Of a stretch of DNA of 64,000 nucleotides, positions 1 to 8,681 are shown one piece after another; position 1 is the first letter of the stretch, and each line of letters opens with the position of its first letter. The notes below the pieces were generated by a model that made no database searches, had not been told where the DNA came from, and worked only from the letters and a program-made list of their open reading frames with translations. The translations under genes and the position numbers were made by a program. The stretch is from an uncultured Gemmatimonadales bacterium (GTDB taxonomy: Bacteria; Gemmatimonadota; Gemmatimonadetes; Gemmatimonadales; GWC2-71-9). The stretch lies in contig CAWCFX010000001.1 in NCBI GenBank assembly GCA_963795085.1, positions 1,024,001-1,088,000 of the forward strand, read 5' to 3'.

Positions 1-525
1 GGCGTCTCCGCGATCAGCGTGGAAGGCTTCGAAAGCCTCTGGTCGCCGGTCCGTTCGGATACGCCGCGGCCCGACGCGCGGAATGTCCTGATCTATGCCC
101 GCCAGTACTCGGTGGGCGGCAGCGGCTTCCGCTTCTGGCGCGACCTGGACAGCGATGGCCGCAGCGATCCCAACGAGATCGGGCTGGTTGGATCGGGCAA
201 CGCGGTGGATATCGATTTTTCGATCGAGCGGGACCCTGCGGGCGACCTCTTCTTTACGCCGGTGCGGGCCGGGACCGGGGTCATCGCCTACGGCAGCATC
301 CCGGTGGAAGACCTGACCAGCATCGATTATGCGCCCGACGTGAACTATCCCTCGGCCGCGCTGAGCGCGGTGCCCGGGTGGGGCTACGTCTTCGCGATGG
401 ATGGCGGCGACGGGTACTCACGGTTCGGAGCGGTGCGGGTGACTCACGTGGGCCAGGACTACCTGATCCTGGACTGGGCCTTTCAGACCGATCCCGGCAA
501 TCCGGAACTGATCCGGGCGCGGTAG
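1..525 (+). CDS. Hypothetical protein, 5'-truncated by window edge
   Basis: Frame is open from position 1 to TAG at 523-525; host-like codon usage; followed by a terminator-like hairpin; no recognisable family. Confidence 0.7.
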   Translation, partial: GVSAISVEGFESLWSPVRSDTPRPDARNVLIYARQYSVGGSGFRFWRDLDSDGRSDPNEIGLVGSGNAVDIDFSIERDPAGDLFFTPVRAGTGVIAYGSIPVEDLTSIDYAPDVNYPSAALSAVPGWGYVFAMDGGDGYSRFGAVRVTHVGQDYLILDWAFQTDPGNPELIRAR

Positions 526-547
526 CGGGCAGGGGGCCGGGAGGGAC

Positions 548-583
548 GGGGAGGCACGCAGTCGTGGCCTCCCCACTTTTCTT
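548..583 (+). terminator. Probable Rho-independent terminator
   Basis: GGGGAGGC-ACG-cagt-CGT-g-GCCTCCCC stem-loop followed by ACTTTTCTT. Confidence 0.6.
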
Positions 584-651
584 GCCCCTTGCCCTCCTGC
601 CCCCTTTTTCCCCTTCTTCCCCCTCTCCCCGCCTCCCCGCTATGTTGGGCC

Positions 652-2199
652 ATGCCTTTCACTCTGACGATTGACGGCAAGTCCCTCAGTATCGCCGACA
701 CTGTCCGGTTCGCGCGGGAATCGGACAGCCGGTTGGCCGTCCACGCGGACGCGCGGGCCCGGCTGGGCCGGAGCCGCGACCTGGTCGACGCGGCGATCAA
801 GGGCGGCGCCACCATCTACGGAATCAACACCGGGTTTGGAAAGCTGGCCAACGTGCGGATCGCGCCGGACCGGCTCAGCGAGCTCCAGGCCAACCTGATA
901 CGCAGCCACGCCGCCGGGGTGGGCGCCCTGCTGCCCCGCGACGTGGTCCGGGCCGCGATGCTGCTTCGGGCCAACGTGCTGCTGCGGCCCACCAGCGGGG
1001 TGCGACCCGAACTGGTGGATGCGCTGGTCACGATGGTCAACGCCGGTGTGGTCCCCGCGGTACCGGAGCAGGGCAGTGTAGGGGCCAGCGGCGACCTGGC
1101 TCCGCTCGCCCACATTGCCCAGGTCCTGATGGGCGAGGGCGAGGTACTGGTGGACGGCGACGCGTTCCCCGCGGCGTCCGTGCTGGGCGCCGCCGGCATC
1201 ACCCCGTTCGCCCTGGCGCCCAAGGAAGGCCTCGCCTTCATCAACGGCACCCAGGCCCAGACCGCGCTGCTCGCCCTCCTGGTCCATGATGCCGAAGTGC
1301 TCTGGCGCAGCGCCGTGGGAGCGGCCGCCATGAGCCTGGAGGCGCTGCGCGGCACTCCGGCGCCGCTGGACGCCCGGATTCATGAGGCCCGCCCCCATCG
1401 CGGGCAGATCCAGGCGGCCGCGGTGATGCGCAGCCTGCTGGAGGACAGTGCCATTCGGGAATCCCACCGGGACAATGACGAGCGGGTCCAGGATGCCTAC
1501 AGCCTGCGTTGCACCCCGCAGGTGCTGGGCGCGGTGGCCGACGCCATCCGGTTTGCCCGGGACACCGCGGTGGTGGAGCTCAATTCGTCCACCGACAATC
1601 CGCTGGTGTTCGACAATGGCGACGTGATCTCCGGCGGCAACTTTCACGGTCAGCCGGTGGCCCAGGCGCTCGACTTTCTGGCGGTCGCGCTGACCACGCT
1701 GCAGGCCATCGCCGAGCGGCGGGTGGAGCGGCTGGTCAATCCCGATCTTTCCCAGGGGCTGCCGGCGTTCCTCACCGCCGATCCGGGCCTCTGCTCCGGA
1801 TTCATGATGGTCCAGATCACCGCCGCCTCCCTGGTGGCGGAGTCTCGCACGCTCTGCATGCCGGCCAGCATCGGGAGCATTCCCACGGATGCCAACCAGG
1901 AAGACTTTGTCCCCATGGGCATGGCGGCGGCGTACAAGACCCGGCGGGTGCTGGCCAATGCCCAGCGGGTCATTGCGAGCGAGTTTCTCTGTGCCGCCCA
2001 GGGGCTGGAGTTCCTCAAACCGCTGGAGCCAGGTCGGGGGGTGCGCCAGCTCTACCGCCGCATTCGCGAGAGCAGCCCCCCGGTGCTACCGCTCACGGCC
2101 GACCGGCCCCCGGCGCCGGACCTGGCGCAGCTGACCGCGATGATCGCGGTGGGCCTGCTGGATCCGGGCATTGCGCCGGGCCCGGGGGGTGCGCAATAG
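652..2199 (+). CDS. hutH: Histidine ammonia-lyase
   Basis: MIO-forming GASGDLAP motif, YGINTGFG, QDAYSLRC, GGNFHG, NQEDFV; the SH pair in NLIRSHAAG is typical of HAL. Start taken at ATG 652. Confidence 0.92.
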   Translation: MPFTLTIDGKSLSIADTVRFARESDSRLAVHADARARLGRSRDLVDAAIKGGATIYGINTGFGKLANVRIAPDRLSELQANLIRSHAAGVGALLPRDVVRAAMLLRANVLLRPTSGVRPELVDALVTMVNAGVVPAVPEQGSVGASGDLAPLAHIAQVLMGEGEVLVDGDAFPAASVLGAAGITPFALAPKEGLAFINGTQAQTALLALLVHDAEVLWRSAVGAAAMSLEALRGTPAPLDARIHEARPHRGQIQAAAVMRSLLEDSAIRESHRDNDERVQDAYSLRCTPQVLGAVADAIRFARDTAVVELNSSTDNPLVFDNGDVISGGNFHGQPVAQALDFLAVALTTLQAIAERRVERLVNPDLSQGLPAFLTADPGLCSGFMMVQITAASLVAESRTLCMPASIGSIPTDANQEDFVPMGMAAAYKTRRVLANAQRVIASEFLCAAQGLEFLKPLEPGRGVRQLYRRIRESSPPVLPLTADRPPAPDLAQLTAMIAVGLLDPGIAPGPGGAQ

Positions 2200-2228
2200 T
2201 TGCTAGGCCCTGCTGGGTCCCGTATCTT
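2200..2228 (+). promoter_or_regulatory. Sigma70-like promoter of the TPR gene
   Basis: TTGCTA-17 nt-TATCTT, 45 nt upstream of ATG 2274. Confidence 0.5.
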
Positions 2229-2273
2229 TAACTCATTGCCCCGTATCTGCTTCCCCGCTACCAGTCGAGCCTG

Positions 2274-4823
2274 ATGAATCTCGAAAAACTGAAGGACGCG
2301 GCGCGCAAGCACGAACAAAAAGAGGATTGGCGGCGGGCCATCGAGGTGTACCAGAAGGCCATCGTCGAGTTTGAATCGGGTCACGACCCCAATCCGGATC
2401 TCTCGATCTATAACCGGGTGGGCGACCTTCACATGAAGGCCAACAACCCGACGGCCGCGGTCCAGGCTTATGAACGGGCGGTGGACCTCTACAGCGACCA
2501 GGGTTTTCTCAACAACGCCATTGCCCTGTGCGGCAAGGTGCTGCGCGTCAATCCCGGCCGCATCCAGGCCTACCTCAAGCTGGCCCAGTTGCACGCCCGC
2601 AAGAACGTTGTCATCGAGGCCAAGAAAAACCTGATCGAGTATCTCGAGCGGATGAACCAGGTGCATCAGCTCGACGAGGCTTTCAAGGCCGTCAAGGCCT
2701 TCGCCGACCAGTTCCCCGGCAACCAGGAGATCCGGCTGATGCTGTCGGACCTGCTGCGCGCCTCCTCCCGTACGACTGAGGCGCGGGAACAGCTGCAGAA
2801 GCTTTCGGAGGACCTGGAGGCGAAAGGGGACGCCGCCGGCGCCCGGAAGACGAGGGAGCGTCTGCAGGCCATCGATGAACTGCCGGAAGCGCCTCCCCAG
2901 GCGCCCCGCCGGGGCGACCTCGTATTCCTCGATATCGGCATCGAGGTGGCCCCCACCAGACCGGCGCCTCCCCCTCCACCGACTCCGCCGCGCCGGTCCA
3001 CCATCCGGACGCCCCGGCCAACGGTCCGCACGACCCCGATGATTCCTCCCGAGGCGTTACTCGACGAGACCCCGGTGACGCCGGCCTGGGAAGAACCCGC
3101 CGGCGAGTCGCTGGAAATCGAAACATCCCGCCTGGCGGACAGCGACATCGACCCGGCAGCGATGGTGCCGCAGGAGCCGTTGGCGGACCTGCTCGGGGCC
3201 GACGATGCGCCCGCCCCGATTGAGGGACTGGACGGCCTGGAGCCGACCATCTTGGAATCGCCGCCCGAGTCCGGGTCGCCGGAGGCCCTGAGCGGGCTCG
3301 AGGTCGCCAGTGATTTTTCCCCCGGCTTCGACGCGGCGGAATCGCTGCTCGAGGACGACCTCTCCGTCGTGGAGCCGGTGGAGGCACTGGAGGGCATCGA
3401 GCAGGCGCTGGATGAGGACGTGCTGGGCGAGCCGGTGGACGTGGACGGGCAGGCACTTGCGGCGGATGACGGCCTGGTGCTGGATGTGGTTCCCGATGAC
3501 GGCGCCCGGATCAGTGAGTCCCTGGAATTCGCGGAGGCGGAGATCGTCGACGTGACAGAACCCGGGACGCTCGGCGGGGCGCTGGATGACGGCACCGATT
3601 GGGAGATTCCCGAGGACCTGGAGCCGCTGGTGGGCCAGGCGGAAGCAGGCCTGCCGGAGTCCGGGCTGGCAATGGATGAACCGGTGGCGGGCGAGCCCAT
3701 GATGGCACCCGTGGATGGCTCGGCCGAGGCGTCCCTTTCGTTCCTGCAGGTGGAAGAGCCAGCCCAGCCGACCATCGAGGACCTCGAAGATCTCATCCTG
3801 GACGATCCCGACAACCCGGAAACGCACCGGGCCCTGGGTGAGGCGCTGCTGGCCTCGGGGGACACGGTCCGCGGCATCGACGAACTCGACCTGGCGCTGC
3901 TCGGCTACGAGAACCGGGAAGACTGGGAGCATGCGCTCGACCTCATCAGCGAACTGATCCGGGTGGAGCCCACCAGCGTCCGCTACTACCAGAAGCGGGT
4001 GGAAGTTGCCTACCGGACCGGCGAGAAGGGCCGCCTGATCGAGGCGTACCAGGAACTGGGCGACGCGCTGGTCCGCAGTGGCGCACTGGACAAGGCGCTG
4101 GCAGTGTACCGCCGGGTGCTGGAGCACGAGCCCGACAACGCCCGCGCCGGGTCGGCCCTGCAGGCACTGGCCCCGCCGGAGGAGGTTCCGCCCGCGGCCG
4201 AAGCGGCGGCCCGGCCGGCGGCTGGCCGCCCCTCGGCGCCCGCGGTTCCCCGCAGTTCAGCGCCACCGGCGCCGGCCGGCCCTGTCGGCGGCGGCGATTT
4301 CATCGATCTCGGCTCGCTGATCCTCGAAGAAGACGAGGTGATGGACACCCGGATGCGGGTGGAAGACGAAGAGCCGACCGGTGACGAAGAGCGGGATTTC
4401 AAGGAGATGCTGAGCGCATTCAAGCGGGGCATCGAGCAGAACCTGGACGCCGAAGACTTCCAGTCCCACTATGACCTGGGGGTGGCCTTCAAGGAGATGG
4501 GCCTGCTGGACGAGGCCATTGCCGAGTTCCAGAAGGCGCTCCGTTCGCCGGATGGCCGGCTGCGCACCTCGGAGGCGCTGGGTGTCTGCTTCTACGAGAA
4601 AGCCCAGTATCCGATCGCCGAGGCGATTCTCCGCCGGGCGGTGGATTCCCAGCCCGGGGCCGATGACGAGAAAGTCGGGCTGCTCTACTGGCTGGCACGG
4701 GCGCTCGAGGTCCAGGGCAAGGTGGACGATGCGCTGGCCACCTTCCGCCGGGTGCTGGCGGTGGACATCCGCTTCGCCGATGCCAGCGACCGCATGGGCC
4801 AGCTCAGTGCCGGGCGCGCCTGA
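2274..4823 (+). CDS. Large tetratricopeptide-repeat protein with acidic linker (SgmX-like architecture)
   Basis: N-terminal TPRs, long Pro/Asp/Glu-rich linker, central TPRs and a C-terminal TPR block with SHYDLGVAFKEMGLLDEAIAEFQKA. Confidence 0.8.
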   Translation: MNLEKLKDAARKHEQKEDWRRAIEVYQKAIVEFESGHDPNPDLSIYNRVGDLHMKANNPTAAVQAYERAVDLYSDQGFLNNAIALCGKVLRVNPGRIQAYLKLAQLHARKNVVIEAKKNLIEYLERMNQVHQLDEAFKAVKAFADQFPGNQEIRLMLSDLLRASSRTTEAREQLQKLSEDLEAKGDAAGARKTRERLQAIDELPEAPPQAPRRGDLVFLDIGIEVAPTRPAPPPPPTPPRRSTIRTPRPTVRTTPMIPPEALLDETPVTPAWEEPAGESLEIETSRLADSDIDPAAMVPQEPLADLLGADDAPAPIEGLDGLEPTILESPPESGSPEALSGLEVASDFSPGFDAAESLLEDDLSVVEPVEALEGIEQALDEDVLGEPVDVDGQALAADDGLVLDVVPDDGARISESLEFAEAEIVDVTEPGTLGGALDDGTDWEIPEDLEPLVGQAEAGLPESGLAMDEPVAGEPMMAPVDGSAEASLSFLQVEEPAQPTIEDLEDLILDDPDNPETHRALGEALLASGDTVRGIDELDLALLGYENREDWEHALDLISELIRVEPTSVRYYQKRVEVAYRTGEKGRLIEAYQELGDALVRSGALDKALAVYRRVLEHEPDNARAGSALQALAPPEEVPPAAEAAARPAAGRPSAPAVPRSSAPPAPAGPVGGGDFIDLGSLILEEDEVMDTRMRVEDEEPTGDEERDFKEMLSAFKRGIEQNLDAEDFQSHYDLGVAFKEMGLLDEAIAEFQKALRSPDGRLRTSEALGVCFYEKAQYPIAEAILRRAVDSQPGADDEKVGLLYWLARALEVQGKVDDALATFRRVLAVDIRFADASDRMGQLSAGRA

Positions 4824-5812
4824 TGAGTTCTCAGACCGCGCCGGTCTCGCTCCGGGAACTGCAGGCTCCGCTGGGCGGCAAGCTCGACGAGGTGCTGGCC
4901 GAGCTGCACCGGATCGTGCAGAGCGACTTTCAGCTTATCAGCGAGGTCAACTCGCATCTCTTCCAGATGCGGGGCAAGATGTTCCGGCCCACGCTGCTGC
5001 TGCTGGCGGACCAGGCGACCGGGAACCGGGATCCCCGGACCCGCACCCTTGCCGCGGTGGTCGAACTGATCCACCTGGCCACCCTGGTGCACGACGACTC
5101 GGTGGATCACTCGGTGCTCCGCCGGGGCATGCCCACCATCAACGCGCTCTTCAGTCACCAGATCTCGGTGATCATGGGAGATTACCTCTACTCCCGGGCC
5201 GTGATCGAACTGGTGGCCCTGAACGACCTGGAGCCGCTCCGGGTGCTGGGCCGGGTTACCAACGAGATGACGGTGGGCGAGATGCGGCAACTACTGTCCC
5301 ACGAACCGCTCAGTTTCAGTGAAGAAGAGTATGACCTGCTGATCCGGGCCAAGACCGCGTCACTCCTCTCCGGCGCCTGCGAGGTCGGCGCGCTCCGGGC
5401 TGAGCCGGAGGAGCGAGCCGCGCTGCGGCGCTTCGGCGAGTACCTCGGGATGGCGTTCCAGATCATCGACGACCTGCTTGACTACACCGAGCTGGAGGAA
5501 GTCACCGGCAAGCCTTCGGGCTCCGACCTGCGGGAACACAAGGTCACGCTGCCGCTCATCGCGGCCCTCCCTCGATTCTCCGAGGCCGACCGGCGGCTGG
5601 TCAACCGTCTGATGGCGACCGCCGAACCCGGCGACCAGCAGATCGCGGATGTTATCCAGGCGGTGGCCGCTGCCGACGGGCTGGACTACGCCCGCGACCG
5701 GGCCCACTCCCTCGCCAGCCAGGCCGAGTCGGCCCTGGATTCACTCCCTCCCGGTCCCGCCACCGAGGCGCTCCGGGCCAGTATTACCTACGTGCTCGAC
5801 CGGAGACGCTGA
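4823..5812 (+). CDS. ispB: Long-chain trans-polyprenyl diphosphate synthase (IspB-like)
   Basis: GKMFRP, first aspartate-rich motif LVHDDSVD..LRRG, KTASL, second motif FQIIDDLLD, GKPSGSDL. Confidence 0.85.
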   Translation: MSSQTAPVSLRELQAPLGGKLDEVLAELHRIVQSDFQLISEVNSHLFQMRGKMFRPTLLLLADQATGNRDPRTRTLAAVVELIHLATLVHDDSVDHSVLRRGMPTINALFSHQISVIMGDYLYSRAVIELVALNDLEPLRVLGRVTNEMTVGEMRQLLSHEPLSFSEEEYDLLIRAKTASLLSGACEVGALRAEPEERAALRRFGEYLGMAFQIIDDLLDYTELEEVTGKPSGSDLREHKVTLPLIAALPRFSEADRRLVNRLMATAEPGDQQIADVIQAVAAADGLDYARDRAHSLASQAESALDSLPPGPATEALRASITYVLDRRR

Positions 5813-6084
5813 TGCCCGCTGGACCCCGCCGACCCGCGTTCTACCTTGGCGTGCTCACCGCCGGCTTCCTGGCCGGCGGCTTCCTGACGGCGCTGCTCCG
5901 GGAGTTCTTGCCGGACAGCGTGGCCAAGGAGGTCTTTACCTACACCGTCTCCCCCTCCGTGGGGCCGGTCTCGCTCGACCTGCTGGTCATTAATTTGACT
6001 CTGGGGCCTCTGGGGCTCCATGTTTCCATCCTCAGCCTGCTCGGCGTCGTGCTCGCCTACCTCGTGGCGCGCTCGCTTTTCTAA
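5812..6084 (+). CDS. Small membrane protein (DUF4321-like)
   Basis: 90 aa, hydrophobic helices, GPVSLDLLVINLTLGPLGL segment; translationally coupled to the upstream gene (TGATG). Confidence 0.65.
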   Translation: MPAGPRRPAFYLGVLTAGFLAGGFLTALLREFLPDSVAKEVFTYTVSPSVGPVSLDLLVINLTLGPLGLHVSILSLLGVVLAYLVARSLF

Positions 6085-6094
6085 GGAGTCCCGT

Positions 6095-6349
6095 ATGTTC
6101 GGCAACCTCGGTGTGTGGGAAATCCTGATGATCCTGGTGGTGGTGATGCTGCTCTTCGGCGCCAAGCGGCTGCCGGAGATGGGCGCCTCCATCGGCAAGG
6201 GAATCCGGGAGTTCAAGCGCAGTATCAGCCAGACGGAAGACGCGATCATGAAACCGGAAGACCAGCACCAGGTGAATGCCGGACGCCAGATGGACCAGCC
6301 CCCCACCACGCCGCCCGCCGGCGGGGAGCCGAAACGGTTGTCGCAGTAG
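6095..6349 (+). CDS. tatA: Twin-arginine translocase subunit TatA/TatE
   Basis: MFGNLGVWEILMILVVVMLLFGAKRLPEMGASIGKGIREFK; AAGGAG RBS upstream of ATG 6095. Confidence 0.92.
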   Translation: MFGNLGVWEILMILVVVMLLFGAKRLPEMGASIGKGIREFKRSISQTEDAIMKPEDQHQVNAGRQMDQPPTTPPAGGEPKRLSQ

Positions 6350-6403
6350 AGTGCAGAGTGCAGAGTACAGAGTATAGAGTGCAGAGTGCAGAGTACAGAG
6401 TAT
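6348..6403 (+). repeat. Tandem heptamer array (AGAGTRY)x8
   Basis: agagtgc agagtgc agagtac agagtat is present twice exactly (28-bp unit x2), starting inside the tatA stop codon. Confidence 0.95.
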
Positions 6404-6467
6404 GCGGGAGGGTCCGACGCGTGGCACTGCGATTCGACAAGGTGAGATAGCCGACCCTGGAAAACGC

Positions 6468-6501
6468 CAAAGGCGGGAGCGACCCTTGCTCACCGCCTTT
6501 G
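6468..6501. terminator. Stem-loop between convergent genes (possible bidirectional terminator)
   Basis: CAAAGGCGG-GAGC-gaccctt-GCTC-a-CCGCCTTTG. Confidence 0.55.
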
Positions 6502-6552
6502 ATGCATCTGGCATCTGTGTTCTACGCTCTGGCCTCCGATAGGCTGCTCGCT

Positions 6553-6597
6553 GCACTCAGCACCCAGCACTCATCAGCACTCTGCACTCTGCACTCA
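6553..6597 (-). repeat. Inverted heptamer array (GCACTCW)x6
   Basis: gcactca gcaccca gcactca (tca) gcactct gcactct gcactca; reverse complement of the 6348 array; ends in the PPIase stop codon. Confidence 0.85.
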
Positions 6598-8451
6598 AAT
6601 CGGCGGCTGCCCGGTCTGCTGGCGGACCCGCTCGGCTTCCGCTTCCGCCTGGGCAGTGGTCTGGTAGATCTCCGAGCGATAGTCCTTGACGCTGGCCTGG
6701 TCGCGCAGGGCGGCCATGTAGCTCCGGATCCGCTGCTGCCGTTCCTGCCGAATGGCGGTGAAGCGGAGCTCATCGAGCTGGGTGCGGAATGCGGCGCTGT
6801 CCGCATCGGTGTGCGCCAGCACTTCGAGGACATAGATCCCCTCCTCGGTGTCGAGGGGCGCGGAGTGCTCGCCGGCCTTGAGGCCGAAGGCGGCGCCGAT
6901 CAGCTGCGGGTTGGGCAGCGGCGGGTTGACCCGGCTGAAGGGGCCCATCTCCTGGTGCGGAAGGTTGAGGGCCGAGGCCGCCTGCACCAGGGAGCTTCCT
7001 TCCTGAAGTCGCCGGGCGGCATCCTTCGCCATCTCGCGGGCCCGGGTCCATTTTTTCTGGTCCCGCACCGCCGCCTCGACCGCCGGGCGGATGCCGGCCA
7101 GCGGTGGCACGCCGGCCGCCTGGATGCTGTCCAGCCGGAAGAGAAAGTAGGCTTCCGGAATCTCGATGATGCCGCCGATCTCGCCGGTCTGGGCCTGGAA
7201 GGCCCAGATCCCCGCATCGGGCACGACATACCTCCCGACCTGGACCCGGGTACCTTCCTGCACCGGCCCGGTGCGCAGGATGGGGAGGCCCAGGACCCGC
7301 GAGACCGTATCGAGCGCGGCCGGGTCCAGCCGCTCCGCCGCCAATGCCTCCAGGGAGTCCGCCTGCGCGTCGAGCCGGTCCCGGTGGTCGCCGGCAACCT
7401 CGATGGGAACCAGGATGTGGCGGCCGGTGGCCTTGTTCCCGGTTCGCCTGGTCACCTCGATCAGGTGATAGCCGAACTGGGTCAGGACCGGCTGGGACAC
7501 GGTGTTGAGGGGCAGGGAAAAGGCCGCCGAATCGAACTGGGCGTCAAAGTCCCCACGGGTCCATTCGCCCAGGTCGCCGCCCTTGGAGCCGGAGACGGTG
7601 TCGGACGATTCCTGCCGGGCCAGCTCCGCGAAATCCGCCCCGCCGTCCAGCTGCTCCCGGAGGGAGCGCGACCGCTCAAACGCCGCCGTGCTGTCCGACG
7701 GGTTGACCGACCGGGGCAGCGCCACGTAGCTCATGAACCCGGTCCGGCCCCGGCGGAATTCTTCCTGGTGCGCCTGGTAATACTGCTGCACGTCTTCCGG
7801 TGTAAACGACACGAGGGAATCGGCGATGACGGTCCGGGGGACCAGCGCGGCCAGCCGGATCTTGACCGTCTCGTGCTCGTCGCGGTAACTCTCCCAGAGC
7901 GCCGCGTCGGAGAGAAAGACATCGGCGGTCACGACCCGCCAGAGCTTGGCCTGGCGGATCTCGTCGCGGTACTGGGCTTCGAGATAGGGGATGTAGGCCT
8001 GCCCGTTGCTGGACCGGAGCCACTGGTCGTACTTGGCGGGGTCGAACTGGCCGTCGGTCTGAAAGTTGGAGTCCGACATCAGCATCGGCGGGGGGCTGGT
8101 ACGGATCGCCTCGACCACTTCGTCCGCCGTCACCGTGATGTTGTGCCGGTCCATCTCCTGCTGGAGAATGCGGTTCTGGATGAACTGCTCCCAGACCTCG
8201 TTACGGATGCGCTCGATATCCTCGAGGGTGAGCGGCGCGCTGCTTCGCTCCTGCTGCTGCCGGATGGCGTTCTGGACCGCCTCGTCGTACATCCGGGTCT
8301 CGATCCGCTGGCCGTTGATCCGGCCTACCGTGGTCTTGCTGAAGACCCCGGCGCCCCCGGTGATCCCGCTCAAGTCAACCAGCCAGAGTATGAGCATGAC
8401 GCCGAAGAACACGGCGATGAGCTTCGCGCTGTTCCGAAATGCTTGCATCAT
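6595..8451 (-). CDS. PpiD/SurA-family peptidyl-prolyl isomerase chaperone
   Basis: N-terminal membrane anchor, SurA_N-like region, parvulin motifs FAELARQESSD..GGDLG and PVLTQFGYHLIEV. Confidence 0.85.
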   Translation of the reverse strand: MMQAFRNSAKLIAVFFGVMLILWLVDLSGITGGAGVFSKTTVGRINGQRIETRMYDEAVQNAIRQQQERSSAPLTLEDIERIRNEVWEQFIQNRILQQEMDRHNITVTADEVVEAIRTSPPPMLMSDSNFQTDGQFDPAKYDQWLRSSNGQAYIPYLEAQYRDEIRQAKLWRVVTADVFLSDAALWESYRDEHETVKIRLAALVPRTVIADSLVSFTPEDVQQYYQAHQEEFRRGRTGFMSYVALPRSVNPSDSTAAFERSRSLREQLDGGADFAELARQESSDTVSGSKGGDLGEWTRGDFDAQFDSAAFSLPLNTVSQPVLTQFGYHLIEVTRRTGNKATGRHILVPIEVAGDHRDRLDAQADSLEALAAERLDPAALDTVSRVLGLPILRTGPVQEGTRVQVGRYVVPDAGIWAFQAQTGEIGGIIEIPEAYFLFRLDSIQAAGVPPLAGIRPAVEAAVRDQKKWTRAREMAKDAARRLQEGSSLVQAASALNLPHQEMGPFSRVNPPLPNPQLIGAAFGLKAGEHSAPLDTEEGIYVLEVLAHTDADSAAFRTQLDELRFTAIRQERQQRIRSYMAALRDQASVKDYRSEIYQTTAQAEAEAERVRQQTGQPPI

Positions 8452-8493
8452 AACGAGTAAACCGGCCTCCAGCTGGAGTGGGAAGAGCCGCGA

Positions 8494-8522
8494 AGTGTAA
8501 GGGCGGAGGGCGCGATTCTCAA
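8494..8522 (-). promoter_or_regulatory. Sigma70-like promoter of the PPIase gene
   Basis: Minus strand TTGAGA-17 nt-TACACT, with a GGAGG RBS downstream. Confidence 0.55.
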
Positions 8523-8613
8523 GCCGACCCCGGGGCTTCGATCCCCCGCCAGGGCCCTCGCCAGCGGTGCGGGAGGGCCGGATCAGGTCCCGCCCAACCC
8601 GGCTCCGCAGCGG

Positions 8614-8642
8614 TTGACAGTGGAACTCTGGATTGCTACGTT
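8614..8642 (+). promoter_or_regulatory. Sigma70-like promoter of the TPR-aroQ-efp-acc operon
   Basis: TTGACA-17 nt-TACGTT with an extended -10 TG. Confidence 0.65.
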
Positions 8643-8681
8643 TACTCTAATTCTGACAACAACTTAGCTCACGGGACCCGG

